A stretch of DNA of 64,000 nt, taken from Planctomycetota bacterium. GTDB taxonomy: Bacteria > Planctomycetota > UBA11346. Both the position numbers and the translations under genes were made by a program. Shown here one piece after another: positions 38,995 through 48,428 of the stretch (position 1 is the stretch's first letter; each line of letters starts with the position of its first letter). Location of the stretch: positions 128,001-192,000 of the forward strand of contig JBBRLJ010000002.1 in NCBI GenBank assembly GCA_038231435.1. The letters run 5' to 3'. Under the pieces are notes generated by a model, which did no database searches, was not told the DNA's origin, and saw nothing but the letters and a program-made list of their open reading frames with translations.

Positions 38995-39672
38995 TTACGC
39001 GGGCGCCGCGAGGCCACCGTCGTGGGCGCTGCTCCCCTCGCGCGCCCCGGCCGCTCCTCCGGCGCCCGGGTCGGTTCCGGCGGGCGTGGCTGCGAAGAAC
39101 CGCTCCACGATCTGGCTGGCGGTGGTCTTGGCCAATGCGTTGAGCGTCACTCCCGAGAGCGCGTTCTTGCGGTCGCCGTTCGCGCAGGCGATGATCACCT
39201 GGAAGATGTCGCGCTTCTGGTTCAGGTTGAGCGCGGGGCTGGATGCCTCGCGCGTGTAGGTCTCGGCGATGCGCTCCCACGAAGCGATCTCGCGCTCCGG
39301 ATCCGCTTCGCGCCGGAAGCGGTCCTGCCATTGCTCGACGCTCAGCGGATGGACCTCGCGCAACTGGGACTCGAGCACAGCCAGCGCCGCGAGCGCTCCG
39401 GCGCCCAGATCCCCGTGCTGGTACTTCTCCTGCTTCATCTGTGCCGGGTCGACCCAGAAGAGCCCCTCGAGATTGTGGATCCGCGCCTGGACCATGCCCG
39501 GCTTCAGCCGCTCCGAATGGATGTAGGAGACGGTGTGGGTGCGGAAATCGTAGCACGGCGCGTAGTTCCCGCTGAGCGTCGGGATCTTCACTTTCGAGCG
39601 CGCGCCGAGGACGGCGAGGATGGTGGTGATGAGCACGAGGGCGCCGACGGCGATGACGTAGTAGAGGAGCAT
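38995..39672 (-). CDS. Membrane-anchored hypothetical protein
   Basis: N-terminal TM helix followed by a soluble helical domain ('FRREADPEREIASWERIAETY'). Confidence 0.72.
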   Translation of the reverse strand: MLLYYVIAVGALVLITTILAVLGARSKVKIPTLSGNYAPCYDFRTHTVSYIHSERLKPGMVQARIHNLEGLFWVDPAQMKQEKYQHGDLGAGALAALAVLESQLREVHPLSVEQWQDRFRREADPEREIASWERIAETYTREASSPALNLNQKRDIFQVIIACANGDRKNALSGVTLNALAKTTASQIVERFFAATPAGTDPGAGGAAGAREGSSAHDGGLAAPA

Positions 39673-39859
39673 GGGCGGCTCAGCAGTCGTGGGGAGTAGT
39701 GGATGGGCCGGTGGCGGGCGACAGGCCACGCGCATGCGTGTCCGTCTGGTCCGCCATGCCGCGACCTTAGCGGGATGCGGCGGCGAGGAAGAGGCGGGCC
39801 CGGTCCTCGCGGGGAGCCAGGCCCTGCCGCCATCGGTCACCGGCGGGCGTCAACGGGCG

Positions 39860-42800
39860 TCAACGAGTGAAAGCCGCACGCAGCAAGGCGCCGCCACTGC
39901 GCGCCGTCCAGGCCTCGCTGAACGCCTCGCCACGCTTGCCGGACCGGCACAGCTCTGGCACCGCGCGCACGCGCAAGGCCCGGGCCCGGCCCGGATCGCC
40001 GCGCCCGGCCACCACTCGCGCGACCGCCACCAGCAGGGTCGCCGCGAGATCGTGCCGGCCGTGGTGGGCGAGACCGTCCGCCAAGCGGATGGCGAGGTTC
40101 GGGAAGGGCGGCAGATGGAAGAGGTCCTCGGGCCGCACCGGATCCTCGGGCTTGGGGGTGGCCCAGGCGCCGGGATATGCAGCTGCGAACACGCGGATCA
40201 GCGCCGAATGCGTCGCTGGCACTGGGATGCGTCCAAGCTGGGCGAGACCGTGGTGCACGCTCTGGTGCTCGAAGGCGATCACCGCCGCGAGCAGACCGCG
40301 CTCGATACCCGGCCTGCTCGGCAGTGCCGGATCCGCGAGCACCGCGAGTGCCTCGGCGTGGCGCTCGCGCAGCGCCAGGCATTCGGCGACCAGGGTCGCC
40401 GCGGCCTCGTCGGCACGCGATTCCTCCCACAGCACGCGCGCCTGCGCCTCGGCCTCGCGCAACTCATGGGCGCCGAGCAGCGCGCGGGCGTGCAGGATGC
40501 GCACCGCGCGGTTGTCTGGCTCCTCGGCGCGCGCGCGCTCGAGCTGACGGCGGGCGAGCGCGAAATCCGCAGCCGCGAGGGCGAGTTCGGCGAGCAGGAT
40601 GCGGTTGGAGGTCGCGAGGATCGCCTCGTGCTTGAGCAGCTCCTTGGTTCCGGCAGCCGCTCCGGAACGGCTGGCCGCAGCCAGGGCGATCTCGCGCAGC
40701 AGGCGCTGCGCCTCAGGGGCTTCTGGCGGGCAGTTCGCCAAGGCCTCGGCGATCACCGCCTCCGATTCCGCGGTCTGGCCGCGACGCACCATGAACGAGG
40801 CATAGTCGGCGAACTGCTGGGGCGTGCGCCGATTATCGCTGTTCACGCGCGCCCAGGTCTTGCGCGCCTGATCGGGCTCGCCGTTACGCTCGTACAGCAG
40901 CGCGAGCTGGCGCAGGAGGCCGGGGTCAGGGGACTCGGCGGGAACCGAGGAGCCCTTGGTCGGGACGGCGCCCTCCTGGAGCTTGCGATCGAGGTGCACG
41001 AGATGCCGGATCGCCGTGGATAGATCGTCACGCTGGTCGGCGAGCACCGCGCCGAGGATGTGACCGGGGACGCAGTCGGGATCCAGCGCCAATGTGCGTG
41101 CGAGTGCCTGCGAGGATTCGCGCTGGTTGCCCAGCGACAATTCGAGCTCCGCCAGCGCCAGCCAGGCCTTCGCCTGCTCGGCCGGCATGGGAGGCGCGGA
41201 TTCGAGGTACAGGTAGCTGGCGCGGCGTGCATTCACACCCTCGCGCGCCTGGGCGAACACCTGCGCGATCTCGCGCCAGGGCGCGGGTCCGCGTCCGATC
41301 GCGCCGGAGCGCTCGCTGAACAGCGGCTCGAGGCGCGCGGTCGCGTCCTTCTCGGCGGTGAGCATGCCGAGCCGCGCGCGCCGCAGCAGCAGCCGCGCAT
41401 CCTTCGGGTACGGTCCGGATAGGGCGCGGTCGCAGAGCGCCTTCGCCTCGGTGAGATCGTTGCGCCGCTCGGCCAGCGAGGCAGCGAGCTCGAACGCCGG
41501 CTGGATGGGGCGCTCCGCGCGCAGCAGCTCGGCGATCAGCGCGCGCGCTTGCTCGAGGGCCGTGCTCTCGGCTCTGGCGCCGTCAGCGCTGTCGGCCTTG
41601 CCACTGGAGGAAGCGGCCTGCGCCGACGAGGCGATCAGCACCTGGGCGTTGAGCGCCTTGTATTCCACGCCGTCGTCCAGCGCGAGCGCGCGCTCCGCGG
41701 CGTGGCGCGCGGTCTTGAAATCGTCGTCCTCGGCAGCGAGCTCTGCCTTGATCGCCCACAGCTGCGGCACGTCGTCGGCGATGTCGAGCGCCCTGGCCAC
41801 GCTCTGCGCGGCCTCGGCACGCTTGCCCAAGCGGCGCTGGGCCTCGGCGAGCATGCCGAGGATCGGCGCCGAGGACGGCAGCGCGGCCAGCGCCTTGTTC
41901 GCGATGCGCTCGGCTTCGGTGGGATCGCCAGAGAGCAGATGGAATTCGATCTGCTCGCGCCAGGCCCATAGGTAGTCGGGCTGGCGCTCGACGGCGCGCT
42001 CGAGATAGGGGATCGCCGCCTCGCGCCGATCCTGGCAGCGCAGCAGGAAGGCCTTCAGCCCGTCGTTGATCGGCTCATCGGGTTCGAGTTCGCAGGCCTT
42101 GCGGTACGCGGCCTCGGCGTCGGCCGCGCGCTGCGCGAGCGCGCGCAGCTCGGCCAATTCGCGCCACGCCCAGGTGTATTCGGCGTCGATCTCCACCGCT
42201 TTCTCGAGATTCGCCTGGGCCTCGGCGGATTTGCCTTCGTGGCGCAGCAGATCGGCGAAGTATCCGTAGGTGGTGGCGTTGTACGGATCGATGCTCTTGG
42301 CGTGCTCGAGGTGCGCGTACGCCTCCTCGAGGCGGTTGAGGTGGCGACAGATGTCGGCGAGCTCGTGCAGGATCCAGGTGGCGTTAGGCGAGCCGGAGAG
42401 CGCCTGCTGGTAATGGGTGCGTGCCTCGTCGAGGCGGCCCTGCTTGCGCGACAGGTTGCCGAGCTGGGCGTTGGCCCAGGGATTGTTCGGATCGTTCTCG
42501 AGCGCCGAGCGCGACAGCTCGATCGCGCGCGCCGGGTCCTTGTCGGTGAGGACCTGGGCCAGCTCGACCTTCGCCCACGAGGCCTTGGGATCGGCGGCGA
42601 GGATGTCCTCGTAGAGCTTTGCGGCCTTGTCGGTCTCGCCGTCCTCGAACTCGAGCTGGGCGAGATGGCCGCGCGTCCAGTGGTCGTCGGGATTGGCGGA
42701 GAGCGCCTCGAGATAGCGCGAGCGCGCAGCCTCGATGTTGCCCATGCCGCGCTCGGCCTCGGCGAGCTCCGACAGCGTCCAATGGTTATGAGGATCCAGC

Positions 42801-43333
42801 GCGAGCGCCTGCAACAGTCGCTCGCGCGCCGCCTCGTGGTCTCCGCCTTGGCGCAGGCAGGCGCCGAGGCGCGCCACCACGCTCGCGCGCAGATCGTTGT
42901 CCTCGATGTTGCCGTCCTTGAGCAGGCGCTCGAGCTCGGCGAGCGCCTCGTGGTAGCGGCCCTGATTGAAATAGAGGTCGGCAAGCTGGTCATCGGCGCC
43001 CTCGTTGAGCACCTCGGACTGCAGGGCGCGCTGGCTGAGCGCAGCGCCGCGCAGATCCTCGCGCCGCACGAAGAACATGTGCCGGAACCGGTGCAGGGGC
43101 GCTGAACCGCGATGGCGCAGGGTGGCTTCCTCGAGCACTTTCTCGGCTTCATCCACCTTGCCGGCGCACTCCAGGGCCGAGACGTATCCGAGCGACGCCC
43201 ATAGGTCGGTGGGCGACTGCTTGCGCAGATCCAAATACCGGCTCGCGGCGTCGTGGAACCGGCGCTGGCGCATCAGCTCTTCAGCCTCCTGCGCCAACCG
43301 GTCCTCGCCGCCTTCACCATCAAAATCTGGCAT
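39860..43333 (-). CDS. Large tetratricopeptide-repeat protein
   Basis: 1157 aa with many consecutive 34-aa TPR units (e.g. 'ALALDPHNHWTLSELAEAERGMGNIEAARSRYLE'). Confidence 0.92.
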   Translation of the reverse strand: MPDFDGEGGEDRLAQEAEELMRQRRFHDAASRYLDLRKQSPTDLWASLGYVSALECAGKVDEAEKVLEEATLRHRGSAPLHRFRHMFFVRREDLRGAALSQRALQSEVLNEGADDQLADLYFNQGRYHEALAELERLLKDGNIEDNDLRASVVARLGACLRQGGDHEAARERLLQALALDPHNHWTLSELAEAERGMGNIEAARSRYLEALSANPDDHWTRGHLAQLEFEDGETDKAAKLYEDILAADPKASWAKVELAQVLTDKDPARAIELSRSALENDPNNPWANAQLGNLSRKQGRLDEARTHYQQALSGSPNATWILHELADICRHLNRLEEAYAHLEHAKSIDPYNATTYGYFADLLRHEGKSAEAQANLEKAVEIDAEYTWAWRELAELRALAQRAADAEAAYRKACELEPDEPINDGLKAFLLRCQDRREAAIPYLERAVERQPDYLWAWREQIEFHLLSGDPTEAERIANKALAALPSSAPILGMLAEAQRRLGKRAEAAQSVARALDIADDVPQLWAIKAELAAEDDDFKTARHAAERALALDDGVEYKALNAQVLIASSAQAASSSGKADSADGARAESTALEQARALIAELLRAERPIQPAFELAASLAERRNDLTEAKALCDRALSGPYPKDARLLLRRARLGMLTAEKDATARLEPLFSERSGAIGRGPAPWREIAQVFAQAREGVNARRASYLYLESAPPMPAEQAKAWLALAELELSLGNQRESSQALARTLALDPDCVPGHILGAVLADQRDDLSTAIRHLVHLDRKLQEGAVPTKGSSVPAESPDPGLLRQLALLYERNGEPDQARKTWARVNSDNRRTPQQFADYASFMVRRGQTAESEAVIAEALANCPPEAPEAQRLLREIALAAASRSGAAAGTKELLKHEAILATSNRILLAELALAAADFALARRQLERARAEEPDNRAVRILHARALLGAHELREAEAQARVLWEESRADEAAATLVAECLALRERHAEALAVLADPALPSRPGIERGLLAAVIAFEHQSVHHGLAQLGRIPVPATHSALIRVFAAAYPGAWATPKPEDPVRPEDLFHLPPFPNLAIRLADGLAHHGRHDLAATLLVAVARVVAGRGDPGRARALRVRAVPELCRSGKRGEAFSEAWTARSGGALLRAAFTR

Positions 43334-43446
43334 ATCTGCGTGTCATAATACCCTGTCAGACAGGCAGTCCAATACATGCGCCCCTATCTCTACTCGGCGC
43401 ATTCGAGCAGCGCGCGGGCCGGTATGGACCCGCTGGCGACATTCCC

Positions 43447-46392
43447 ATGAACGATCGCCTGTGGTTCCTCGCGACCGCATTGGCGGGCATCTTCCTGCTC
43501 TTCACCGGCAGGCTCTTCCATCTGCAAGTGATCAACGGCAGCCATTACGCGCAGCTGGTCGAACAGTCGCGCCTGGTCTCCGAGGTCATCGTCCCGCGCC
43601 GCGGCCGCATCGTCGACCGCAATGGCGCCGCGATCGCGGACACCCGGCCGATCTACAATCTCGGCATCACCTTCGCCGAGCTCGAGAGCCGCGGCCGCGG
43701 GCGGCGCGAGCTGCCGTTCTGGCGCCTCGACGAGCGCCGGCTCGACGCCCTGGTCGCGGATCTCACCGGCCGGGTGCGCTGGACCGGCACGATGTCGCTC
43801 AAGGATGCGATGGTGCGCGAGCTGCTGACGCATCCCGGCGTGGCGGTGCGCTCCGGCAAGGACTCGCTCGACGCCCATCTGGGTCTGGTGGCGGTGCCAC
43901 GGGTCGCGCTCGCACCTCGCGGACGCGCCACGGCGCAGGGCGAACCGATCGACGCGGGTCGGGGAGAGGGCGATCCCGTCGCCGCCGGGCCAGGCGATTC
44001 CGACATCGCCGCGCTGGCCGAGTCGGACCTGCTCAGCGAGGATCCGCGCGAGGCACTGGTGCGCGAGATCTCGGCGCGTTGGTCAAAGGACGTCATCATC
44101 ATCGGCGAAAGCGAGTTCGACGCTGCGTGCGCCCGCCTCGACCAGGACTTCAATCTTGGTGAACGCGATCAGCCCGACGGGGATCCGCTCGAGCGCTCGG
44201 CCAACGTGCTCGACCCGTTCACGCCCTCGTTCGTGCTGCGGGTGCCGGTCGGCATCGAGCCTGGCGGCGAGATGCGCTTCGGCGAGCTGCCCCTGCGCAT
44301 CCTGGTGCCCGAGCGGCGCTCGCAGGCCGAAGCCACCCTGGCGCGCGTGCTCGGCGAGAGCCAGCCTCTGGTGCATGAGCGCTTCGAGCGCGCGCTCGCG
44401 TCGGTGAAAGAACATCCGACGCCGAACACGCTCTATTACGCGCCCTCGGCGCAGGCCGAGGACATCGCGCCGCTGATGCCAGAAGGCCAGGTGCTGTGCG
44501 AGATCCCGGTCCCCGACGTGCCGGGTGCGCGCGAGCGCATCCTCATCATCCAGGGCGATCCCGCTGACGGGGAAGGGCTGTGCACCAAGCTCTCGAGGCG
44601 CATCGCCGCCGATCTCGGCGCCGAACCGGACCTGATCCAAGCGCTGATCTACAAGCACGCTGAGCGCATCCGCGCCATCACCTGCGAGCGCGACTACCGC
44701 ATCCACCAGATGGCGATCGACCCCGAACGCCTCGACCGGCTTGCGAACGGCCTCGCCTCGCAGCTCACCGCGCTCGGCAAGCCGACCACGCGCCTCGAGG
44801 TCGATGCCGCCTTGGCGAAGGTGCGGCGCGCAGCCGACAAGGAGTGGTCCGGGCAGACCCGCTACGACGCGCTGACCATCATCCCCGAGATCCCGCACGC
44901 GCTGGCGGTGCGTCTGTGGGGCGGGAATTCCGAGCCCCCCTCGGACCTGATCAAGGATTACGACGACGCGAAGGCCGACCTGCCAGGCTTGGTCGTACAG
45001 GTGGACGTGGGCCGTTCGTATCCGTTCCCGGGATCGTGCAGCCACTACCTGGGCACCATCGGGCGCGCCGACGCCGAGCGCGAGGGCGACGATCGGGCGG
45101 GGTTGTTGCCGGGATCGCTCGCGGGCGTCAACGGACTCGAGAAGATCTACGACACCCAGCTGCGCGGCGTCGCGGGAAACCGGCTGCGCGTACGCACGCC
45201 GGACGGCATCCGCGTGCTGCGCGACGAGCCCGCGACCGAGGGCTCGGACCTGGTGACCGAGCTCGACATGGAGCTTCAGACGCTGGCCGAGGACAGCCTC
45301 GAGCACTACTACGAGCTGGCGCAAGCGCTGGGTACCGCCACCGAGCGCATGGACAAGGCGCGCCAGGTCGGGCATGGGCAGGCAGGATTCTGCCTGATCG
45401 ACTGCCACACCGGCGGATTGCTGGCGTTGGCCTCTGCTCCCGGCTTCAAGATCGAGGATCTGCGCACGCATTACGCCGAGCTGCTCAAGGATCCCGGCCG
45501 CCCGCTGAACGACCACGCCAGCGAGTGTGACCAGCCGCCGGGATCGTCATTCAAGATCCTCACCGCGCTCGCCTGCCTCGAGAACGAGGTGATCAAGCCG
45601 ACCGAGGAGATCGTCAGCCAGGGCTACATGGCGAGGAAGGGCGACAAGCTCATCTTCCGCGATCACGCGCCGCCCGGAACCTACGATCTCCCGCACGCCA
45701 TCCAGGAATCCTCGAACATCTATTTCGCCACCATCGGCGCCCGGCTCGGACCGACCAAGCTGATCGAATACGCGAGCCGCTTCGGCTTCGGCAAGCGGGG
45801 ACGCGAGCACGTGGCACTCGACGTGTGGAGCGAGCGCGGCGGATTGCTGCCGGGGCCGAAGAACATCGCCGCCATGCGACCGCGCGAGCCGCACTGGGTT
45901 CCGCACGACACTTGGCGCACCGCGATCGGTCAGTTCGCCACCGGCTCACCGCTGGTGTGCGTGACCATCGCCGCGGCGGTGGCGAACGGCGGCCACGTGG
46001 TGCGGCCGTTCCTGGTGCGTCCATCGGGTGGCCCGCCTGAGGTCCGCGACCTGCACATCCGCAAGGAATACCTCGAGCAGATCCGCCACGGCATGGAGAT
46101 GGTCACCGAGCCGGGCGGCACCGCGCGGCTGCTGGTGCTCGAGAACGAGGCCAAGGGCATCAAGGTCGCCGCCAAGACCGGCACGGCCGAGTGGGGCGAC
46201 ACCAACCAGACCACGCACCCCGACCACGCGTGGATGATCGGCTACGCCCCGGCCGACAATCCCACCGTGGCCTTCGCCTGCTACATCCGCTGCGGCACCT
46301 TCGGCGGCCAAGCCTGCACGCCGGTGGTCAAGAAGGTGCTCGAGATGTACTTCAAGAAATACGGCCACGAGGGCCACGCCGCGGCGCGCTGA
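43447..46392 (+). CDS. mrdA: Class B penicillin-binding protein (PBP2-like) with large insertion
   Basis: N-terminal TM plus 'RLFHLQVING', 'PRRGRIVDRNG', SxxK (PGSSFK), SxN (SSNIYF), KTG (AKTGTA), 'HAWMIGYAP'. Confidence 0.88.
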   Translation: MNDRLWFLATALAGIFLLFTGRLFHLQVINGSHYAQLVEQSRLVSEVIVPRRGRIVDRNGAAIADTRPIYNLGITFAELESRGRGRRELPFWRLDERRLDALVADLTGRVRWTGTMSLKDAMVRELLTHPGVAVRSGKDSLDAHLGLVAVPRVALAPRGRATAQGEPIDAGRGEGDPVAAGPGDSDIAALAESDLLSEDPREALVREISARWSKDVIIIGESEFDAACARLDQDFNLGERDQPDGDPLERSANVLDPFTPSFVLRVPVGIEPGGEMRFGELPLRILVPERRSQAEATLARVLGESQPLVHERFERALASVKEHPTPNTLYYAPSAQAEDIAPLMPEGQVLCEIPVPDVPGARERILIIQGDPADGEGLCTKLSRRIAADLGAEPDLIQALIYKHAERIRAITCERDYRIHQMAIDPERLDRLANGLASQLTALGKPTTRLEVDAALAKVRRAADKEWSGQTRYDALTIIPEIPHALAVRLWGGNSEPPSDLIKDYDDAKADLPGLVVQVDVGRSYPFPGSCSHYLGTIGRADAEREGDDRAGLLPGSLAGVNGLEKIYDTQLRGVAGNRLRVRTPDGIRVLRDEPATEGSDLVTELDMELQTLAEDSLEHYYELAQALGTATERMDKARQVGHGQAGFCLIDCHTGGLLALASAPGFKIEDLRTHYAELLKDPGRPLNDHASECDQPPGSSFKILTALACLENEVIKPTEEIVSQGYMARKGDKLIFRDHAPPGTYDLPHAIQESSNIYFATIGARLGPTKLIEYASRFGFGKRGREHVALDVWSERGGLLPGPKNIAAMRPREPHWVPHDTWRTAIGQFATGSPLVCVTIAAAVANGGHVVRPFLVRPSGGPPEVRDLHIRKEYLEQIRHGMEMVTEPGGTARLLVLENEAKGIKVAAKTGTAEWGDTNQTTHPDHAWMIGYAPADNPTVAFACYIRCGTFGGQACTPVVKKVLEMYFKKYGHEGHAAAR

Positions 46393-46395
46393 AGC

Positions 46396-46457
46396 GCGGG
46401 GGCTACGCCCCCTGCACTCGGCCCTTTGCCTCTCAACGGTATTGCGTGATGGGCTGC
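46396..46457 (+). repeat. Degenerate family A partial copy
   Basis: GCGGGGGCTACGCCCCC...TTGCGTGATGGGCTGC starts 3 nt after the PBP stop codon and is inverted relative to 46561-46673. Confidence 0.6.
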
Positions 46458-46560
46458 CGTTCCAACCAGACTCTGCCGCCGCTTCGTTGATCGGCAGAGA
46501 CCAAGAACGCTGCGCGTCGGAAGAAGTCTTCAACCCGAGCGGCCTCAGCCGCGAGCGCCC

Positions 46561-46673
46561 GCCGAGCTCCGGTTTGCGTGAAACATGGGCAAAGCCCATC
46601 AGGCAAACTTTTTCGCCGCAGGCGAAAAGCGGAGCGACAAAAAAGGCACGGGGGTCCGGGGTCGGAGCCCCCG
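46561..46673 (-). repeat. Dispersed palindromic repeat, family A, copy 2
   Basis: Co-linear with 62390-62504 and with the reverse complement of 575-692. Confidence 0.82.
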
Positions 46674-46678
46674 AAACA

Positions 46679-47497
46679 TCAAGCCTTTCTGCGCGGATTG
46701 CGGAACCAACGGGTCGACGATTTGGGCGAGACGGTCGCCGTGCCGGGACGGACGGTGACGCTGCCGCTGTCGCACACGATCTGGCGGCTGCCGTCCGTGA
46801 GCATCAGGCGCCCTTCAGCGTCGATACCCGTGGCCGTGCCCCCTTGGCTGGCCGCGCCGTTGGCGACATCGATCATCTTGCCGCGCAGCCAATCGCGTTG
46901 GCGCAAAGGCACCAGCAGTTGGCTCCAGCCATTGGCCGAGATCAGCCCCGCAGCCTCGAGCAGGTAACGCCTCAGCGCGGTCAGCATGTCGATCGGGGTC
47001 GGGACGGCGCGCCCCTCGCTGGGCGAGCAGGCCTCGGCGACACTGGCGGTGGAATCGCGCGCGAACGGCAGCGCCTCGGGCGACTGGTCCCAATGCGGGT
47101 CGAGGTTCAGCCCGACGCCGACCACCACGGTCTCGGCCGAAGCCGGACGTTCGCACAGCACGCCCGCGAGCTTGCGGTCGTCGAGGTAGCAGTCGTTCGG
47201 CCACTTGATGCGCACGCGCGCGCGCGGCGCCAGATCCTCGACCGCGTGGCAGAGCGCGAGCCCGGCGGCGAGCGACAGCTGACGGGCCGCCAGCGCGCCC
47301 GGCAGGGTGAGCGCGAATGACGCGGTGAGGACTCCGGGCGGAGAGTACCAGCGGTTGGCGCCGCGCCCGCGACCGGCGCTCTGGTGCTCGGTCCAGACGC
47401 AGGCTCCATGCGCGAGCGCATCCGCATGTGCCAGCGCCCACGTGTTGGTCGAGTCGCAGCTCGGCAGCTCGATCAACCAGGTCGGCGCGGCGGTCAT
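46679..47497 (-). CDS. birA: Biotin--[acetyl-CoA-carboxylase] ligase (no N-terminal HTH)
   Basis: 'DSTN', 'QSAGRGRGANRWYSP', 'IKWPND', 'RKLAGVLCE', 'GVGLNL'. Confidence 0.95.
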   Translation of the reverse strand: MTAAPTWLIELPSCDSTNTWALAHADALAHGACVWTEHQSAGRGRGANRWYSPPGVLTASFALTLPGALAARQLSLAAGLALCHAVEDLAPRARVRIKWPNDCYLDDRKLAGVLCERPASAETVVVGVGLNLDPHWDQSPEALPFARDSTASVAEACSPSEGRAVPTPIDMLTALRRYLLEAAGLISANGWSQLLVPLRQRDWLRGKMIDVANGAASQGGTATGIDAEGRLMLTDGSRQIVCDSGSVTVRPGTATVSPKSSTRWFRNPRRKA

Positions 47498-47574
47498 CTC
47501 GCGGCGACGTTAGGGCGCACCCCGCGCGGGCAAAGGGGAAGCCGCGGCGCCCCATGCGACAGCGTCGGAAACGG

Positions 47575-47603
47575 AAAACCCCCACGTCGGGGGACGCGGG
47601 GGT
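47575..47603 (-). terminator. Rho-independent terminator after rpsU
   Basis: Minus strand ACCCCCGCGTC-CCCC-GACGTGGGGGT followed by a T run. Confidence 0.7.
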
Positions 47604-47628
47604 CGTCGAGACCGGGTACAGCCGGCGA

Positions 47629-47832
47629 TCAGCGGTTGAGGCCGCTCTCGGCGCGTTCCTGGATGATGCGCTTCTCGAGCTTGCGCGCCTCGCGGCGGCG
47701 GCGCTCGCTGGGCTTGTCGTAATAGAGGTTCTTCTTGATGTCCTTGGTCAGACCTTCCTTCTCGCAGCGCTTCTTGAAGCGGCGGAGGGTCTTCTCGAGG
47801 GGCTCACCATTACGGGCTTCGACGCGGATCAT
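47629..47832 (-). CDS. rpsU: 30S ribosomal protein S21
   Basis: 'EPLEKTLRRFKKRCEKEG...YYDKPSERRRR'. Confidence 0.96.
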   Translation of the reverse strand: MIRVEARNGEPLEKTLRRFKKRCEKEGLTKDIKKNLYYDKPSERRRREARKLEKRIIQERAESGLNR

Positions 47833-47943
47833 ATAGCTCTGAGGCTCCTGACGTTGGGGAGAACACGTTATCCGACACCCGCATCGGGCAAGTGAAACAA
47901 TACCGAAACCCCTCGCGAATCACATCCCTTTGCCCCATCTATA

Positions 47944-48428
47944 TTTGCATGAATCTCCCCGCGATTCGGGTCCTTCCATGTCCCCTAATAGGACGCAGCG
48001 AGGACCGTTATCGTCGGCGAGGCCAAGGCGCGATCCCGAAGCGGTACTCGTGTACCGCGAGCGGTGAGCCAACGCCGGCATCGCCGACGAGAACCGCAGC
48101 TATTTTGCATGAATCTCCCCGCGATTCGGGTCCTTCCATGTCCCCTAATAGGACGCAGCGAGGACCGTTATCGTCGGCGAGGCCAAGGCGGCGATCCCGA
48201 AGCGGTACTCGTGTACCGCGAGCGGTGAGCCAACGCCGGCATCGCCGACGAGAACCGCAGCTATTTTGCATGAATCGCCACGCGATTCGAGTCCTCTCCG
48301 TGCCCACTAAAGGACGCAGCGAGGACCGTTATCGTCGGCGAGGCCAAGGCGGCGATCCCGAAGCGGTACTCGTGTACCGCGAGCGGTGAGCCAACGCCGG
48401 CATCGCCGACGAGAACGGCCGCAGCTAT
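47944..48428. repeat. Tandem array of three ~160-bp nested-hairpin units
   Basis: Units start (GAATC) at 47951, 48111 and 48272. Units 1 and 2 differ by one inserted G. Confidence 0.95.

Noticed and set aside
34664..39672. Integron cassette array
   Set aside because: The cargo looks cassette-like, but genes overlap or abut, I saw no RYYYAAC...GTTRRRY attC structures, and there is no integrase.
47892..48389. ORFs within the tandem array
   Set aside because: Indels between units shift the frames, and the composition is not protein-like.
47944..48428. CRISPR array
   Set aside because: The constant part is about 120 bp, the variable parts are identical or homologous rather than unique spacers, and there are no cas genes.
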